Of a DNA stretch of 64,000 bases, positions 39,312 to 49,626 are shown piece after piece. A program made the position numbers and the translations under genes. The DNA lies in the NCBI GenBank assembly GCA_965209055.1, contig OZ242374.1:3360001-3424000 (forward strand), in the 5' to 3' direction. Positions within the stretch are counted from its first letter, which is position 1. Every line of letters begins with the position of its first letter. Origin of the DNA: Acidobacteriota bacterium (GTDB taxonomy: Bacteria; Acidobacteriota; UBA6911; RPQK01; JAJDTT01). The notes below the pieces were generated by a model. The model was not told the DNA's origin. It saw nothing but the letters and a program-made list of their open reading frames with translations, and made no database searches.

Positions 39312-39335
39312 CGGCGGTTAGGAAACCGCCGCTCC
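39312..39335 (-). repeat. REP-like palindrome
   Basis: GGAG-CGGCGGTT-TCCT-AACCGCCG on the minus strand, intergenic. Confidence 0.75.
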
Positions 39336-39349
39336 GCTCCGGCACATGA

Positions 39350-40237
39350 TCAGCTCGCCAGTTTTTCCGGCATCGTCTTGCGTTTCCGGATCCGAAGCGG
39401 GATCCGGAAGTTGGCATCGGCGTCCGAGTCGGTTCCCGTCTCCCGGGCCAGGAACAGGGGGACGTCCTCCGCCGGGGGATTGGTTCGATCATGGGCCGTG
39501 GGAAAGCTGCGCATGATGATCCGCTGCTCCCGGTTCAGCGTCTCGATCCACCGGGGATCGCATTGCCGCCGGTCTCCCTCCCAGAGCCAGGAAGGGCAGT
39601 AACTCACGAACATGTTCTTTCGGATCGTCTCCGAATGGTTGACGTCGACCCGGTGCCAGGTCCCGCAGTGCATCACCGTCATGCTTCCGGCGGGAACCAC
39701 CAGGGGGACTTCCCCCGGGACGCTCTCGTGGGTGTAGTACTGCTCGAATTCCTGGTTTCGATGACTGCCCGGCATGTAGATGAAGTTGCCCATTCCGGCA
39801 TGAGGCAGATCGGTGAGCCAGAGGCCGATGCAGAGGCGCAGAGGGAGCTCCGTGGAGAAAACGGCATAGGGCGTGGGCCGAGGCGAGTCCGGGTGCCACA
39901 TGGACTCGTCCTTGAAGTCCGGGGGCCGAATGAAGATATCCGAGCGGTGGAGCTTCAGGAGCTCGCCGTAGAGATCGTAGCCGTACCCCACGTGGCGGGG
40001 GTGATCGATGAGCTCGCTCAGAACCGGATCGGCGGCGACGCAGTGAGGCTGCCGAAAATCCTTTCCGGGAGCATAGTTCGGATCGGTGGCGGCAACCCGG
40101 TCGAGGGCCTCGATGTAGCGTTGTACGTCCTCTTGGGGAATGGCGTTTTCGAAGACCAGAATCCCGTTTTCCTGGAATTCATCCCATTGATCCGGGGTGA
40201 AGCCGGGTGGCGCCACACGGTAAGAATTCTCTGTCAC
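39350..40237 (-). CDS. Phytanoyl-CoA dioxygenase (PhyH) family Fe(II)/2OG oxygenase
   Basis: WHPD, MPGSH, TWH...R; GTG at 40237 after AAGGAG. Confidence 0.88.
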   Translation of the reverse strand: MTENSYRVAPPGFTPDQWDEFQENGILVFENAIPQEDVQRYIEALDRVAATDPNYAPGKDFRQPHCVAADPVLSELIDHPRHVGYGYDLYGELLKLHRSDIFIRPPDFKDESMWHPDSPRPTPYAVFSTELPLRLCIGLWLTDLPHAGMGNFIYMPGSHRNQEFEQYYTHESVPGEVPLVVPAGSMTVMHCGTWHRVDVNHSETIRKNMFVSYCPSWLWEGDRRQCDPRWIETLNREQRIIMRSFPTAHDRTNPPAEDVPLFLARETGTDSDADANFRIPLRIRKRKTMPEKLAS

Positions 40238-40311
40238 GCGAGTCTCTCCTTTCAATTGCGGGTATCCTAGCAGTCCGTGGCGAAAGTTAAAGCTAGGGTG
40301 AACGGAATCTA

Positions 40312-42951
40312 ATGTCAGGGGTTTCACTCAAGGGTCATCAAAACGGCTGGCGGCAGCACTTGGCCATCGTCGTCATCTTGATCGTGTCCGGCGTTTCCTC
40401 TTCTTGTCAGAGTCCGGCTGATCTTTCCCGACAGGGGGACGCCGAGACAACCCACGACCAAGGTCTTCTGGAAGTCTCCCGGCAGCTTCAGGTGCCGGAG
40501 GGATTCGAGGTGGATCTGGTCTATTCGGTGCCGCTGGAGGAACAGGGTTCCTGGGTGGCGTTGACACCGGATTCCGCAGGGCGGCTGATTACTTCCGATC
40601 AATTCGGGAGTCTCTACCGCGTGACCTTGGGAGACGGAGATTCAGGCACGGAGGTCGAGAAGCTGAATCTTCCCATCGGCCACGCCCAGGGGCTTCTCTA
40701 CGCCTATGACAGTCTCTACGTGACGGTCAACCTGTATCGGACCTCGAAGGAGAAGGTGGCGCAGGGCAGCGGCTTTTACCGGGTGCTGGATACAGACGGT
40801 GATGATCGGTTCGACCAGGTGAAGCTGTTGAAACAATTGGAGGCCGTGGACAACGTGAATGGGCATGGCGAGCACGGGCCCCACGCCCCGGTGCTCGGCC
40901 CCGACGGTCTCATCTATCTGGTTGCGGGCAACGGCACCAAGGTGCCGGAAGGGTTGGCGCCAACCTCTCCATTCCGGAATTGGGCCAACGATCTGCTTAT
41001 TCCGCCCGAACCGGGATTCGTGCCGGCCGGATGGGTTGCCCGGACCGACGAAACGGGTTCGGTCTGGGAGTTGATTGCCGGTGGTTTCCGGAACCCCTAC
41101 GACTTAGCATTCAACGCCGAGGGCGAGCTGTTCACCTACGATGCGGACAGTGAAGCAGGCATCGGCACGCCCTGGTACCGCCCCACCCGCATCAACCAGG
41201 TCGTTTCCGGAGCGGAATTTGGCTGGCGTTACGACACCGGACGTTGGACACCTTACGGCAAGTGGCCTGAACACTACCCCGACAGTGTCGGCAGCGTGGT
41301 CGACGTCGGGTACGGGTCGCCGACCGGCATGGTTTTTGGATCCGGTGCTCGTTTTCCGGCCCGGTATCAGCGGGCGTTGTTCGCCTGTGATTGGGCGTCG
41401 GGGAAGATCTTTTCCGTTCACCTGAAGCCGGAGGGGGCGGGTTATACGGCGGCCTTCGAGCCGTTCCTGACGGGAAGCGCCGTGCCCGTGACCGACATCG
41501 TGGTCAACCGGGACGGACACCTGTATTTCACGGTGGGGGGGAGGGAGGCCAAGTCGGGTCTTTTTCGAATCCGCTACCGGGGAGGCGAAGTCACCGATCC
41601 GGCCAGTCCGGTCGACCATCCCGCAGCCGAGCGGGCACGTGGAATCCGAAGGCGCTTGGAACAGTTCCATGGTCGAGAAGACGTGCGCGCGGTGGCGGAA
41701 TCGTGGCCTCACCTGGCCAGCCCGGATCGCACGCTTCGCTATGCGGCGCGTGTCGCCATCGAGCGTCAGGACCTTGCAGAATGGCAGGATCGCGCGCTGC
41801 GCGAGAACGACCCTGTCGCGTCGATCCAGGCCATGCTGGCTCTGGCGCGAACCGGCCGGGCCGAGTTGCAGGAAACGGTCTTGGGGAGGCTCGGCCGGAT
41901 CCCCCTGGAGCAACTTCCCGAGGATCAACTTCTGGAGGCGCTACGCGCTTACAGCTTGGCGTTTATCCGGATGGGCGGCCCGCGCAAGCCATTGGGCCGA
42001 CAGGCCGCTGCACGGCTTGCTCGGCTCTTCCCCTCCTCCAGCCGCAGATTGAATCAGGAGCTTTGCCGGCTGCTCGTCTACTTGGAGGATCCGGGTGTCA
42101 TCGCCAAGTCATTGAGAATGATCGACTCCGGCGGGCGACAGGACAGGCTGTTCTATTTCGCAGCGTTGAGCCATCTTGGAAAGGGATGGACACTGCCGCA
42201 GCGCCAAATCTACTTTCGTGCCCTGAATTCGTCCCAGGGAGAGTATCTTCGTGCCGAGAAAACATTCGGGCGGAAGGGTCTCAACAGCCGTTTCATCTAC
42301 ACGCTTCAGAACCTGCGGCAATCGGCTGTTGAAACCCTCAGCGACGAGGAACGGACGGCACTGGAGGAGGTCATCGAAGACCAGCGGGCCCTGACCGTGG
42401 CTGACGAGGAACCGGTCCGTGGATTCGTGCGAACTTGGATGGTTGCCGACTTTCTGCCCCTGCTCAAGCAGGTGGCAAGGGGCCGTTCCTACGAGAACGG
42501 CAAGTCTGCCTACGAGGCGGCGGAATGCGCCCAGTGTCATCGATTTGATGACCAGGGAGGCACGACGGGGCCGGACATCACCACCGTCGGAAGTCGTTTC
42601 GATACGCAGTACTTGTTGGAGGCACTTCTCGATCCCTCCAAGGTGGTCGCCGATCGCTTCTTCAACGAGTCGATTCAGATGGAAGATGGCCGTATTCATG
42701 TTGGCCGGGTCGTTTACGACGATGGAAAACTGCTGCGGGTTCGCGCGAATCCGTTCACCCAAAAGGTCACCCAAGTTGCCTCGGACCGGATCAAGTCCCG
42801 CACGGTTTCGAGAATTTCAGAGATGCCGGAAGGACTGCTCGATACCTTTACCGAGGAAGAGGTTCTGGATCTGATCGCGTACATGAGGTCGGGCGGAAAT
42901 CCGAAAGATCCGGCGTTCAATTCTCTTCAGCGAGGAAACGAAGAGCCATGA
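40312..42951 (+). CDS. PVC-type haem-binding protein (sorbosone-dehydrogenase-like propeller, HEAT repeats, cytochrome c)
   Basis: GEHGPH, GFRNPYD, CAQCH, GPDIT, SEMPEGL. Confidence 0.85.
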   Translation: MSGVSLKGHQNGWRQHLAIVVILIVSGVSSSCQSPADLSRQGDAETTHDQGLLEVSRQLQVPEGFEVDLVYSVPLEEQGSWVALTPDSAGRLITSDQFGSLYRVTLGDGDSGTEVEKLNLPIGHAQGLLYAYDSLYVTVNLYRTSKEKVAQGSGFYRVLDTDGDDRFDQVKLLKQLEAVDNVNGHGEHGPHAPVLGPDGLIYLVAGNGTKVPEGLAPTSPFRNWANDLLIPPEPGFVPAGWVARTDETGSVWELIAGGFRNPYDLAFNAEGELFTYDADSEAGIGTPWYRPTRINQVVSGAEFGWRYDTGRWTPYGKWPEHYPDSVGSVVDVGYGSPTGMVFGSGARFPARYQRALFACDWASGKIFSVHLKPEGAGYTAAFEPFLTGSAVPVTDIVVNRDGHLYFTVGGREAKSGLFRIRYRGGEVTDPASPVDHPAAERARGIRRRLEQFHGREDVRAVAESWPHLASPDRTLRYAARVAIERQDLAEWQDRALRENDPVASIQAMLALARTGRAELQETVLGRLGRIPLEQLPEDQLLEALRAYSLAFIRMGGPRKPLGRQAAARLARLFPSSSRRLNQELCRLLVYLEDPGVIAKSLRMIDSGGRQDRLFYFAALSHLGKGWTLPQRQIYFRALNSSQGEYLRAEKTFGRKGLNSRFIYTLQNLRQSAVETLSDEERTALEEVIEDQRALTVADEEPVRGFVRTWMVADFLPLLKQVARGRSYENGKSAYEAAECAQCHRFDDQGGTTGPDITTVGSRFDTQYLLEALLDPSKVVADRFFNESIQMEDGRIHVGRVVYDDGKLLRVRANPFTQKVTQVASDRIKSRTVSRISEMPEGLLDTFTEEEVLDLIAYMRSGGNPKDPAFNSLQRGNEEP

Positions 42952-43577
42952 TTCGAACCCTGAAACTTCTATTTTTTGGCGCCGGTCTGGCGGTGGCTCC
43001 AGGATGTGCGGCGCCGTCGGACGACTCGCCTCCCGCTGGATTCACCAGGCTGTTCAATGGCCATGATCTGACCGGTTGGAAAGATGACGGCAGCGGACAC
43101 TGGCGGGCCGAGGACGGCATGATCGTTTACGATGGCGGAGGCTGGCAGCCGGCCCCGAATACGGTGTTCCAGCGCAATTTGCGAACGGAAAAGGAATACG
43201 GCGATTTCATACTGCTCATCGACTGGAAGATCGAGAAAGACGGGAACAGCGGCATCTATCTGCGTGGCGAGCTGCAAGTGGAGATCTGGGACAGAACGGC
43301 GGAGGTGTACTCATCTCCCCACGGGTCGGGTGGAATCGTCGGTTACACCGTCCCGGGACGCATCCCGCTACGGACTGTCGACCGTCCGTTGGGAGAGTGG
43401 AACCACTTCGAGATTCGCGTCGAGAATGAAACCGTCACCGTCCATCTCAATGACCAGCTCGTGATCGACAGACATGCGGCCGAGTTCAAGCGGTCCGAAG
43501 GGCCCATCGTGCTCCAGCACCATGGTTGGCCCCTGTGGTTCAAGAATGTATACGTCAAAGAGTTGGCCGAGAATTGA
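42948..43577 (+). CDS. DUF1080 (3-keto-disaccharide hydrolase-like) lipoprotein
   Basis: LFNGHDLTGW, GNSGIYLRG, GEWNHFEI, LQHHG...FKNV. Confidence 0.88.
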   Translation: MIRTLKLLFFGAGLAVAPGCAAPSDDSPPAGFTRLFNGHDLTGWKDDGSGHWRAEDGMIVYDGGGWQPAPNTVFQRNLRTEKEYGDFILLIDWKIEKDGNSGIYLRGELQVEIWDRTAEVYSSPHGSGGIVGYTVPGRIPLRTVDRPLGEWNHFEIRVENETVTVHLNDQLVIDRHAAEFKRSEGPIVLQHHGWPLWFKNVYVKELAEN

Positions 43578-43681
43578 CGAAGGCCGAAGCCGGACCGGAG
43601 ACACTCCAATGAACTCGCCCTTGCCGGTCCCGAGTGGTATAATCTCGCACTAACCAAAAACCATAAGCCTGAAAGCTCCGA

Positions 43682-45589
43682 ATGGTGAAACGCCGGCGAC
43701 ATTTTGACCACCCCGGATTCCCGGAATTGCGTGCGTGTTTCTTCGGTGCGGCTTGTATCGCCTTGTTGTTTTTGGTTCCGTCCGCTGGCCGGCTCGAGGC
43801 GCAAGCCTCCGGCGACGAGGCCACACCCGAGCCGATGTTGATTTCGGTCTTTCCTCCCGGCGGGCAGCAGGGTTCCGGCGTGGAACTCGTGATCCGGGGA
43901 GAAGCTCTGGACGGCGCCTATTCGCTCGTCTTTGGTTCCTCCGGCCTGGAGGCCCGGGTCGGCAAAGTCGAGATGATCGAGGGGCCTGATCCGGCGGGTC
44001 CGTATCCCAAAAAGGAGAAATCGCCCTTCTTCTTTCGTGTCACGGCGCGCCTCACCATAGATTCGTCGGTTCCCGTTGGAACCCATCCGTTTCGCCTGGT
44101 CTCTCATCGAGGAGTTTCCAACGCTCTCCACTTCCGGGTCGACGAAGGCGGCGTGATCAGCGAGATCGATACCCCCCATCCGTCCGCCCGGCAGGCGCAG
44201 GAGATTGACGTCCCCGTCATCGTCAACGGCCGGATCGACGAGCACGGCGAGCTGGACGCCTACGGGTTCGACGCGGTGGCCGGTCAGGAGTTCACCTTCG
44301 AAATCACTCAGGCGGCGCATTTCGAGCCGCGCCTCGCCCTTTACCGTCCCACCGGGAGCTGGCTCGATCCCGACCGTCCCACTCGCCTGCTTTTCCGGGA
44401 GCAGGAGTCTTCTGACCTGATTCCGATCCGGCCCGTTTACTCCTACCGCGTGGCGGAGTCGGGACGCTATTTGGTCGAAGTCGCGTCGCTCTTGGGAAAA
44501 GGGGGCCCCGACTGTGGTTATCAGCTTCGGGTTCTGACCACCGGTCCCGCTCCGCAGGCCAGTTCCGAACCCGCGTGGACCGAACGGGATTTCACCCGGA
44601 AGATCGACGGCGAGTGGACCGGCCGGCTCCGTTCCCGGACGGTCCGGCAGACGAATCCCGGTTCCGATTCCACGGAGATCGCCTCCGGCGCCGGGAGCCT
44701 GGCGGCGTCCCCCGATTCTCCGCCTTCGGCAGTGACTCCGGCTCTTGAGAGCCGGGCCCGCCTCCGGGAACAGGAGCCGAACGAGGCGCGCGGACAGGCC
44801 GTGCCGTTGGCCGTGGGAGACATCGTCGAAGGCAACATCAGCGCGCCCGGCGACCGCGACACCTACGCGTTCGAGGGGGAGGCGGGAGCGGAACTGGTGT
44901 TCGAGATCGAGACTTCCGGCGTGGAGCCGCCCCACTTCAACCCGCGCCTGGAGCTTTTGGGAGAAGACGGCGAATCGCTGCTGGCCAACGTTCACAAGCA
45001 CGTGACGGTCTACAACGGCGGTGGCATCCCCAGTACCTTTCTGAAGACGGTCGAACCCAAGATGGCCTACACCCTGGAGCGGAGCGGCCGATACTTCGTG
45101 GAGGTCAGCGACATCACCGCGCGGTACGGCGGTCCGGAATTCGGGTATCGGCTGCTTGTACGCGCTCCGATTCCCCACGTGGGCGCCATCGAAGTGGACC
45201 CGTCCGACCGCATCAACCTGGTCCCGGGACGAGCCCGGAAACTGAGCATCGTTACGCATCAAGAGGAGGGGTTTGCCGGGGAAGTCCTTTTTGACTGTTC
45301 CAACCTGCCGCCCGGTGTGCGGGTTTTTGCGGGAGCGGATGTGGAGAAGAAGGGTAACGCCCCCGTCAGCCAGCAGGAGGAAAATTTCTTGCCCGCTGTG
45401 CAGAAGACGACCCTGGTCCTCCTGGCCGACCCGGATGCTGCAGTCACCCGCATGCCGTCATTGGTCCGCTTGACCGCCAGGCCCGTGGTCGGTGGACGAG
45501 TTGGCGCAGACCTGCCCGTCGCGGAGCTCCTGCTGATGGTGGTCGCGCCTTCCGGTCCGGATCAGGCTGCCGAGCAAGGAGGCTCATGA
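43682..45589 (+). CDS. Pre-peptidase C-terminal (PPC) domain protein of a DUF1549/1501 cluster
   Basis: SVFPPGGQQG, GVSN, NGRIDEHGELDAY, EQEPNE, PGDRDTYAF; start uncertain. Confidence 0.78.
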   Translation: MVKRRRHFDHPGFPELRACFFGAACIALLFLVPSAGRLEAQASGDEATPEPMLISVFPPGGQQGSGVELVIRGEALDGAYSLVFGSSGLEARVGKVEMIEGPDPAGPYPKKEKSPFFFRVTARLTIDSSVPVGTHPFRLVSHRGVSNALHFRVDEGGVISEIDTPHPSARQAQEIDVPVIVNGRIDEHGELDAYGFDAVAGQEFTFEITQAAHFEPRLALYRPTGSWLDPDRPTRLLFREQESSDLIPIRPVYSYRVAESGRYLVEVASLLGKGGPDCGYQLRVLTTGPAPQASSEPAWTERDFTRKIDGEWTGRLRSRTVRQTNPGSDSTEIASGAGSLAASPDSPPSAVTPALESRARLREQEPNEARGQAVPLAVGDIVEGNISAPGDRDTYAFEGEAGAELVFEIETSGVEPPHFNPRLELLGEDGESLLANVHKHVTVYNGGGIPSTFLKTVEPKMAYTLERSGRYFVEVSDITARYGGPEFGYRLLVRAPIPHVGAIEVDPSDRINLVPGRARKLSIVTHQEEGFAGEVLFDCSNLPPGVRVFAGADVEKKGNAPVSQQEENFLPAVQKTTLVLLADPDAAVTRMPSLVRLTARPVVGGRVGADLPVAELLLMVVAPSGPDQAAEQGGS

Positions 45590-48168
45590 GCTTTCACGGG
45601 ACCGATCGATTTACTCTCGCGAGGAATCGCCCACGGCGACTGCGCCCGGCCCTCTGCTCGACCATTGCCGTCGTTGTCTCATTCCTTGCGTCCGCACCGG
45701 CCGCCGTCGTGGAACCCGCGCCGAGCCATGTTCCGACGCTGCTCTCCCTGCGTTTGGTCCCGGAGCAGGTGAACCTTCAGGGCCCGGGGGCTTCCCAGCG
45801 ATTCGTGGCCATGGGGACGTTTGCCGACGGACTGGAGCGGGATCTGACTGCCGCCAGCCGGTTTCATCTCTCCGATACCGAACTGGCCCGTGTGGACGAT
45901 GGCGGTAAGGTCGTGGCCCTGGCGCCGGGGGAGCTGACTCTACGGGTCGAGAACGGAGGCCACGAGGTCCATTCGAGGGTTCGAATCGACACGGTTGCGG
46001 AACCGAGGCCCTTCCGTTTCGATCGCGATATCGCCTCCATACTGACCAAACGGGGCTGCAACGCCAGCGAGTGCCACGGCAGCGTCAAGGGGCAGGGAGG
46101 ATTCAAGCTCTCCCTCGACGGCCTCTATCCGGAAGAAGACCACGAGTGGATCGTCAAAGGTGGGATCTACCAGGTTCTCGTCATGGAATCGGGGGGGCCG
46201 CGAGTCCCCCGGGTGAATCCGGGGCATCCGGAGCAGAGCCTGTTGCTGCAGAAGGCCACCATGCAGGTGGGCCACGTCGGAGGTGAGCGCATCGGCGCCG
46301 ATTCCGCGGACTACGCCACCCTCCTGGACTGGGTCCGGAAGGGGGCCGAATACGGCGATCGGAGTGAAGGCGGGCGGATCGCGCGAGTGACGGTCTTCCC
46401 GCAGGAAGCCGTACTGGACGGCGATGGCGTGCAGCAGCTTCTGGTGACCGCCTACGGGCCCGACGGACGGCGCGAGGACATCAGTCACCAGGCTCGTTAC
46501 GTCTCCCAGAATCCCCACGTCGTGACGGTCGACGAGAACGGCCGCGTTACGGCCACCGGAAGGGGAGAGACGACGGTGCTGGTCCGCACCGCAGGTCATG
46601 CCGTCAGTGCACGCTTCGGAGTAGTGGACGCGTCGGCTCCAGTCGAATTCAGAATCGAGCCCCGCAATCTCATCGACAAGCACGTCTTCGCCAAATTGCG
46701 GAAGTTCCAGATCCGTCCTTCTGCGCTTTCCAGCGATTCGGAATTCCTGCGCCGCGTCTGCCTGGACATCACCGGCACCCTGCCGCCGCCGGATCGGGTC
46801 CGGGAATTCCTGGCCGACACCGACCCTGGGAAACGGGACAAGCTCATCGAGACTCTCCTGGACTCTCCCCAGTACGCGGACTATTGGAGCTTCCTGTTCG
46901 CGGACCTGTTCCGTGTGACCTACACCACCGTGGGCCCGATCAAAGAGGTCAAGGCATACGACGACTGGGTGCGCAACGGCATCCTCCAGAACAAGCGGTA
47001 CGACCGCATGGCGCGCGAACGTATCGCCGCTCAGGGGTACGGGGCTCCCACCCGTCACTTTTTTCGGTATACCGAACTGATCGTGCCCCACGAGGTCATG
47101 GCCGAGCAGGTCCGCCTCTTCATGGGGCGCCGGCTGGATTGCGCCCAGTGCCACAATCATCCCTTCGAGACCTGGAGCCAGGACCAGTTCTGGGGAATGA
47201 CCGCCTTTTTCGGCAACGTCACGCAACTTTCGGATTCTCAGTTGGTTTTCGACAATCCGGAGGGTGGGCGATCCTATGACTTGAAACAGGAGGGGATCAA
47301 GACCGTCCATCCACGCCGGAAGGAAGAAGTCCGGGCCAGATTTATGGACGGGTCATTCCCGACCGGGGAACAGGAGCGCGACCCGCGCCTGGCTCTGGCC
47401 GACTGGATCATCGCCCAGCCCGCCTTCGCTGAGACTATCGTGAACCGGGTCTGGGGCTATTTCTTCGGCCGGGGTATCGTGGACCCGGTGGACGACTTCA
47501 AGGTGTCCAACCCGCCGACCCATCCCGTGCTGCTCTCCGCGCTGGCGGAAGACTTCGTGGAGCACGGCTACGACCTGAAGCATCTCATGAGGCGGATCGT
47601 CCGGTCGCGGACCTACCAGACTTCGGGAGTCCCCAACCGGACCAACAGGGAAGATGGAATCAACTATTCCCGGGCTTTGGCCCGGCCGCTGCAGGCGACC
47701 GTCCTGCTGGACGCCATCTCCTACGCCACCGGAGTCCCGGAGGAGTTTCCGGTGCACCCCAAGACCGTGCGCACCGGCGCGGCTCGCCCGGGGGCCCGGG
47801 CCATCGACCTGATTCCCGAACTTTTCCCCTGTCATTTCCTCGACGTCTACGGACGGTCCATGCGCAAGTCGCTTCCGGAAAAGCCGTCGCTGACGTTGAC
47901 CCAGGCCCTGCACATGTGGGCGGGATCGACCTATACCACCAAGATCACGCAGGAAGGCGGACGTCTCGACCGGGCGCTGAAGGACGGCCTGTCCGATTCC
48001 CAGATCATCGAAGACTTCTACCTGGCGGCGCTGTCGCGATACCCGACCGAACGGGAACGATCCGACCTGGAAGCGTTTGTCCGGGAGGAATCCTCCCCGC
48101 GGCCGGAGCAATTGGCGAACCTGATGTGGGCCCTCATCAGTTCGCGGGAGTTTGCATACAATCATTGA
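45586..48168 (+). CDS. DUF1549/DUF1553 protein with Ig-like (Big_2) domains
   Basis: GCNASECHG, EFLRRVCLDITG, CAQCHNHPF, VNRVW..FFGRG, SREF. Confidence 0.9.
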   Translation: MSFHGTDRFTLARNRPRRLRPALCSTIAVVVSFLASAPAAVVEPAPSHVPTLLSLRLVPEQVNLQGPGASQRFVAMGTFADGLERDLTAASRFHLSDTELARVDDGGKVVALAPGELTLRVENGGHEVHSRVRIDTVAEPRPFRFDRDIASILTKRGCNASECHGSVKGQGGFKLSLDGLYPEEDHEWIVKGGIYQVLVMESGGPRVPRVNPGHPEQSLLLQKATMQVGHVGGERIGADSADYATLLDWVRKGAEYGDRSEGGRIARVTVFPQEAVLDGDGVQQLLVTAYGPDGRREDISHQARYVSQNPHVVTVDENGRVTATGRGETTVLVRTAGHAVSARFGVVDASAPVEFRIEPRNLIDKHVFAKLRKFQIRPSALSSDSEFLRRVCLDITGTLPPPDRVREFLADTDPGKRDKLIETLLDSPQYADYWSFLFADLFRVTYTTVGPIKEVKAYDDWVRNGILQNKRYDRMARERIAAQGYGAPTRHFFRYTELIVPHEVMAEQVRLFMGRRLDCAQCHNHPFETWSQDQFWGMTAFFGNVTQLSDSQLVFDNPEGGRSYDLKQEGIKTVHPRRKEEVRARFMDGSFPTGEQERDPRLALADWIIAQPAFAETIVNRVWGYFFGRGIVDPVDDFKVSNPPTHPVLLSALAEDFVEHGYDLKHLMRRIVRSRTYQTSGVPNRTNREDGINYSRALARPLQATVLLDAISYATGVPEEFPVHPKTVRTGAARPGARAIDLIPELFPCHFLDVYGRSMRKSLPEKPSLTLTQALHMWAGSTYTTKITQEGGRLDRALKDGLSDSQIIEDFYLAALSRYPTERERSDLEAFVREESSPRPEQLANLMWALISSREFAYNH

Positions 48169-48192
48169 GGAGCGGCGGTTTTCTTACCGCCG
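48169..48192 (+). repeat. REP-like palindrome
   Basis: GGAG-CGGCGGT-TTTCTT-ACCGCCG directly after the stop codon. Confidence 0.7.
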
Positions 48193-48267
48193 ATCTCCAT
48201 TGAAACAACGGGCAAAGAGGGATCGGATGACCGCAACGTCGCCCCTCCAAGGACGGACGGAGAAGGA

Positions 48268-49617
48268 ATGTTGAAAGAATATCGTTGTTTCCAGTGCAGG
48301 CGGACCAGACTCGGGCGCCGCGACTTCCTCCGTGCCGGCTCCCTGAGCTTTCTCGGGATGAACGCCGGCGACCTCTTCAGGCTGGAACGTCTCCAAGCGG
48401 CCTCCAACGACAAGCCGGCGGCCGGACAGGCGCAGGCGTGCATTCTCCTCTTCCTGGAGGGCGGTGCCAGCCAGATGGACACCTGGGACCCCAAGGGGAA
48501 CACCAACTTCGGCTCCATCGCCACCAACGTCGACGGCATCCGGATCTCCGAACTCCTGCCCAAGACGGCCCAGCACATGGACAAGCTCTCGCTGATCCGT
48601 TCCATGCGGACGGAGGAGACCAACCATCCGCAGGGAACCATCGAGTCGCTGACCGGCCATCGGCCCAGCCCCACCATGAAGTTCCCGGGATTCGGGTCGA
48701 TCGTGGCCAAGGAAATGGGCGCCCGTAACAACATGCCGCCGTTCACCACGGTCCCCATGCCTTGGGAGAACGACTTTTACAACTACGAGGAGGCCTTCAA
48801 GGGCTCGTACATCGGAGCCGAGTATGACGCCATGGTCCTGCCGGACCCCAGCGCCGAGGAATTCGTCGTGCCCGATCTCCGGTTGCCCAAAACGGTTTCC
48901 GCCGCGGCCATCGAGGATCGAAAGACTCTGCTCAGCATCGTGGACCGGCACTACCGGTCCACCCAGGAGGTAGCCGAGTTCGGCAAGATGGACACGTATC
49001 GCGAGCAGGCGCTGGGCATGATCCTGTCGCCGCACGTCCAGAAGGCCTTCGACCTCTCCAGCGAATCGGAGAAGACCCGGGACGCGTATGGACGCCACCG
49101 CTTCGGACAGAGCGTGCTGATGGCCCGCCGCCTGGTGGAGGCCGGATGCCGCTTCGTCACGGCGGCCGGCTACAAACACGGGCAGTGGGACACGCACGGG
49201 AGCAACGACAAGCGGATGAAGGAAGACTTGACGCCTCCCCTGGATAAGGCGCTCTCCGCTCTGTTGGAAGATCTGGATCAAAGAGGTCTGTGGGAATCGA
49301 CGGTGGTGCTGGTCATGGGAGAGTTCGGACGCACCCCCCACATCAATCCCGGCCTGGGACGGGATCACTGGCCCCACTGCTGGTCGCTGGCGCTGGGCGG
49401 CGGCGGTATCCAGGGGGGACAGGTCATCGGCGTCAGCGACGACCGGGCGGCCTACGTTGCGGAACGCCCCATCTCCATCGGCGACCTTTACGCCACCATC
49501 TACAAGGCGCTGGGCATCGATTGGACCAAGACCTACATGGCCCCCGTGGGTCGTCCCGTCTACATCGCCAACGGTTTCGACGACACCATGGGGCAGCCCA
49601 TCCCGGAATTGATCTGA
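48268..49617 (+). CDS. DUF1501 protein (Tat signal)
   Basis: RRDFL, GGASQMDTWDPK, WDTH, GEFGRTP, GRDHWP. Confidence 0.92.
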   Translation: MLKEYRCFQCRRTRLGRRDFLRAGSLSFLGMNAGDLFRLERLQAASNDKPAAGQAQACILLFLEGGASQMDTWDPKGNTNFGSIATNVDGIRISELLPKTAQHMDKLSLIRSMRTEETNHPQGTIESLTGHRPSPTMKFPGFGSIVAKEMGARNNMPPFTTVPMPWENDFYNYEEAFKGSYIGAEYDAMVLPDPSAEEFVVPDLRLPKTVSAAAIEDRKTLLSIVDRHYRSTQEVAEFGKMDTYREQALGMILSPHVQKAFDLSSESEKTRDAYGRHRFGQSVLMARRLVEAGCRFVTAAGYKHGQWDTHGSNDKRMKEDLTPPLDKALSALLEDLDQRGLWESTVVLVMGEFGRTPHINPGLGRDHWPHCWSLALGGGGIQGGQVIGVSDDRAAYVAERPISIGDLYATIYKALGIDWTKTYMAPVGRPVYIANGFDDTMGQPIPELI

Positions 49618-49626
49618 CAGCCCGTC

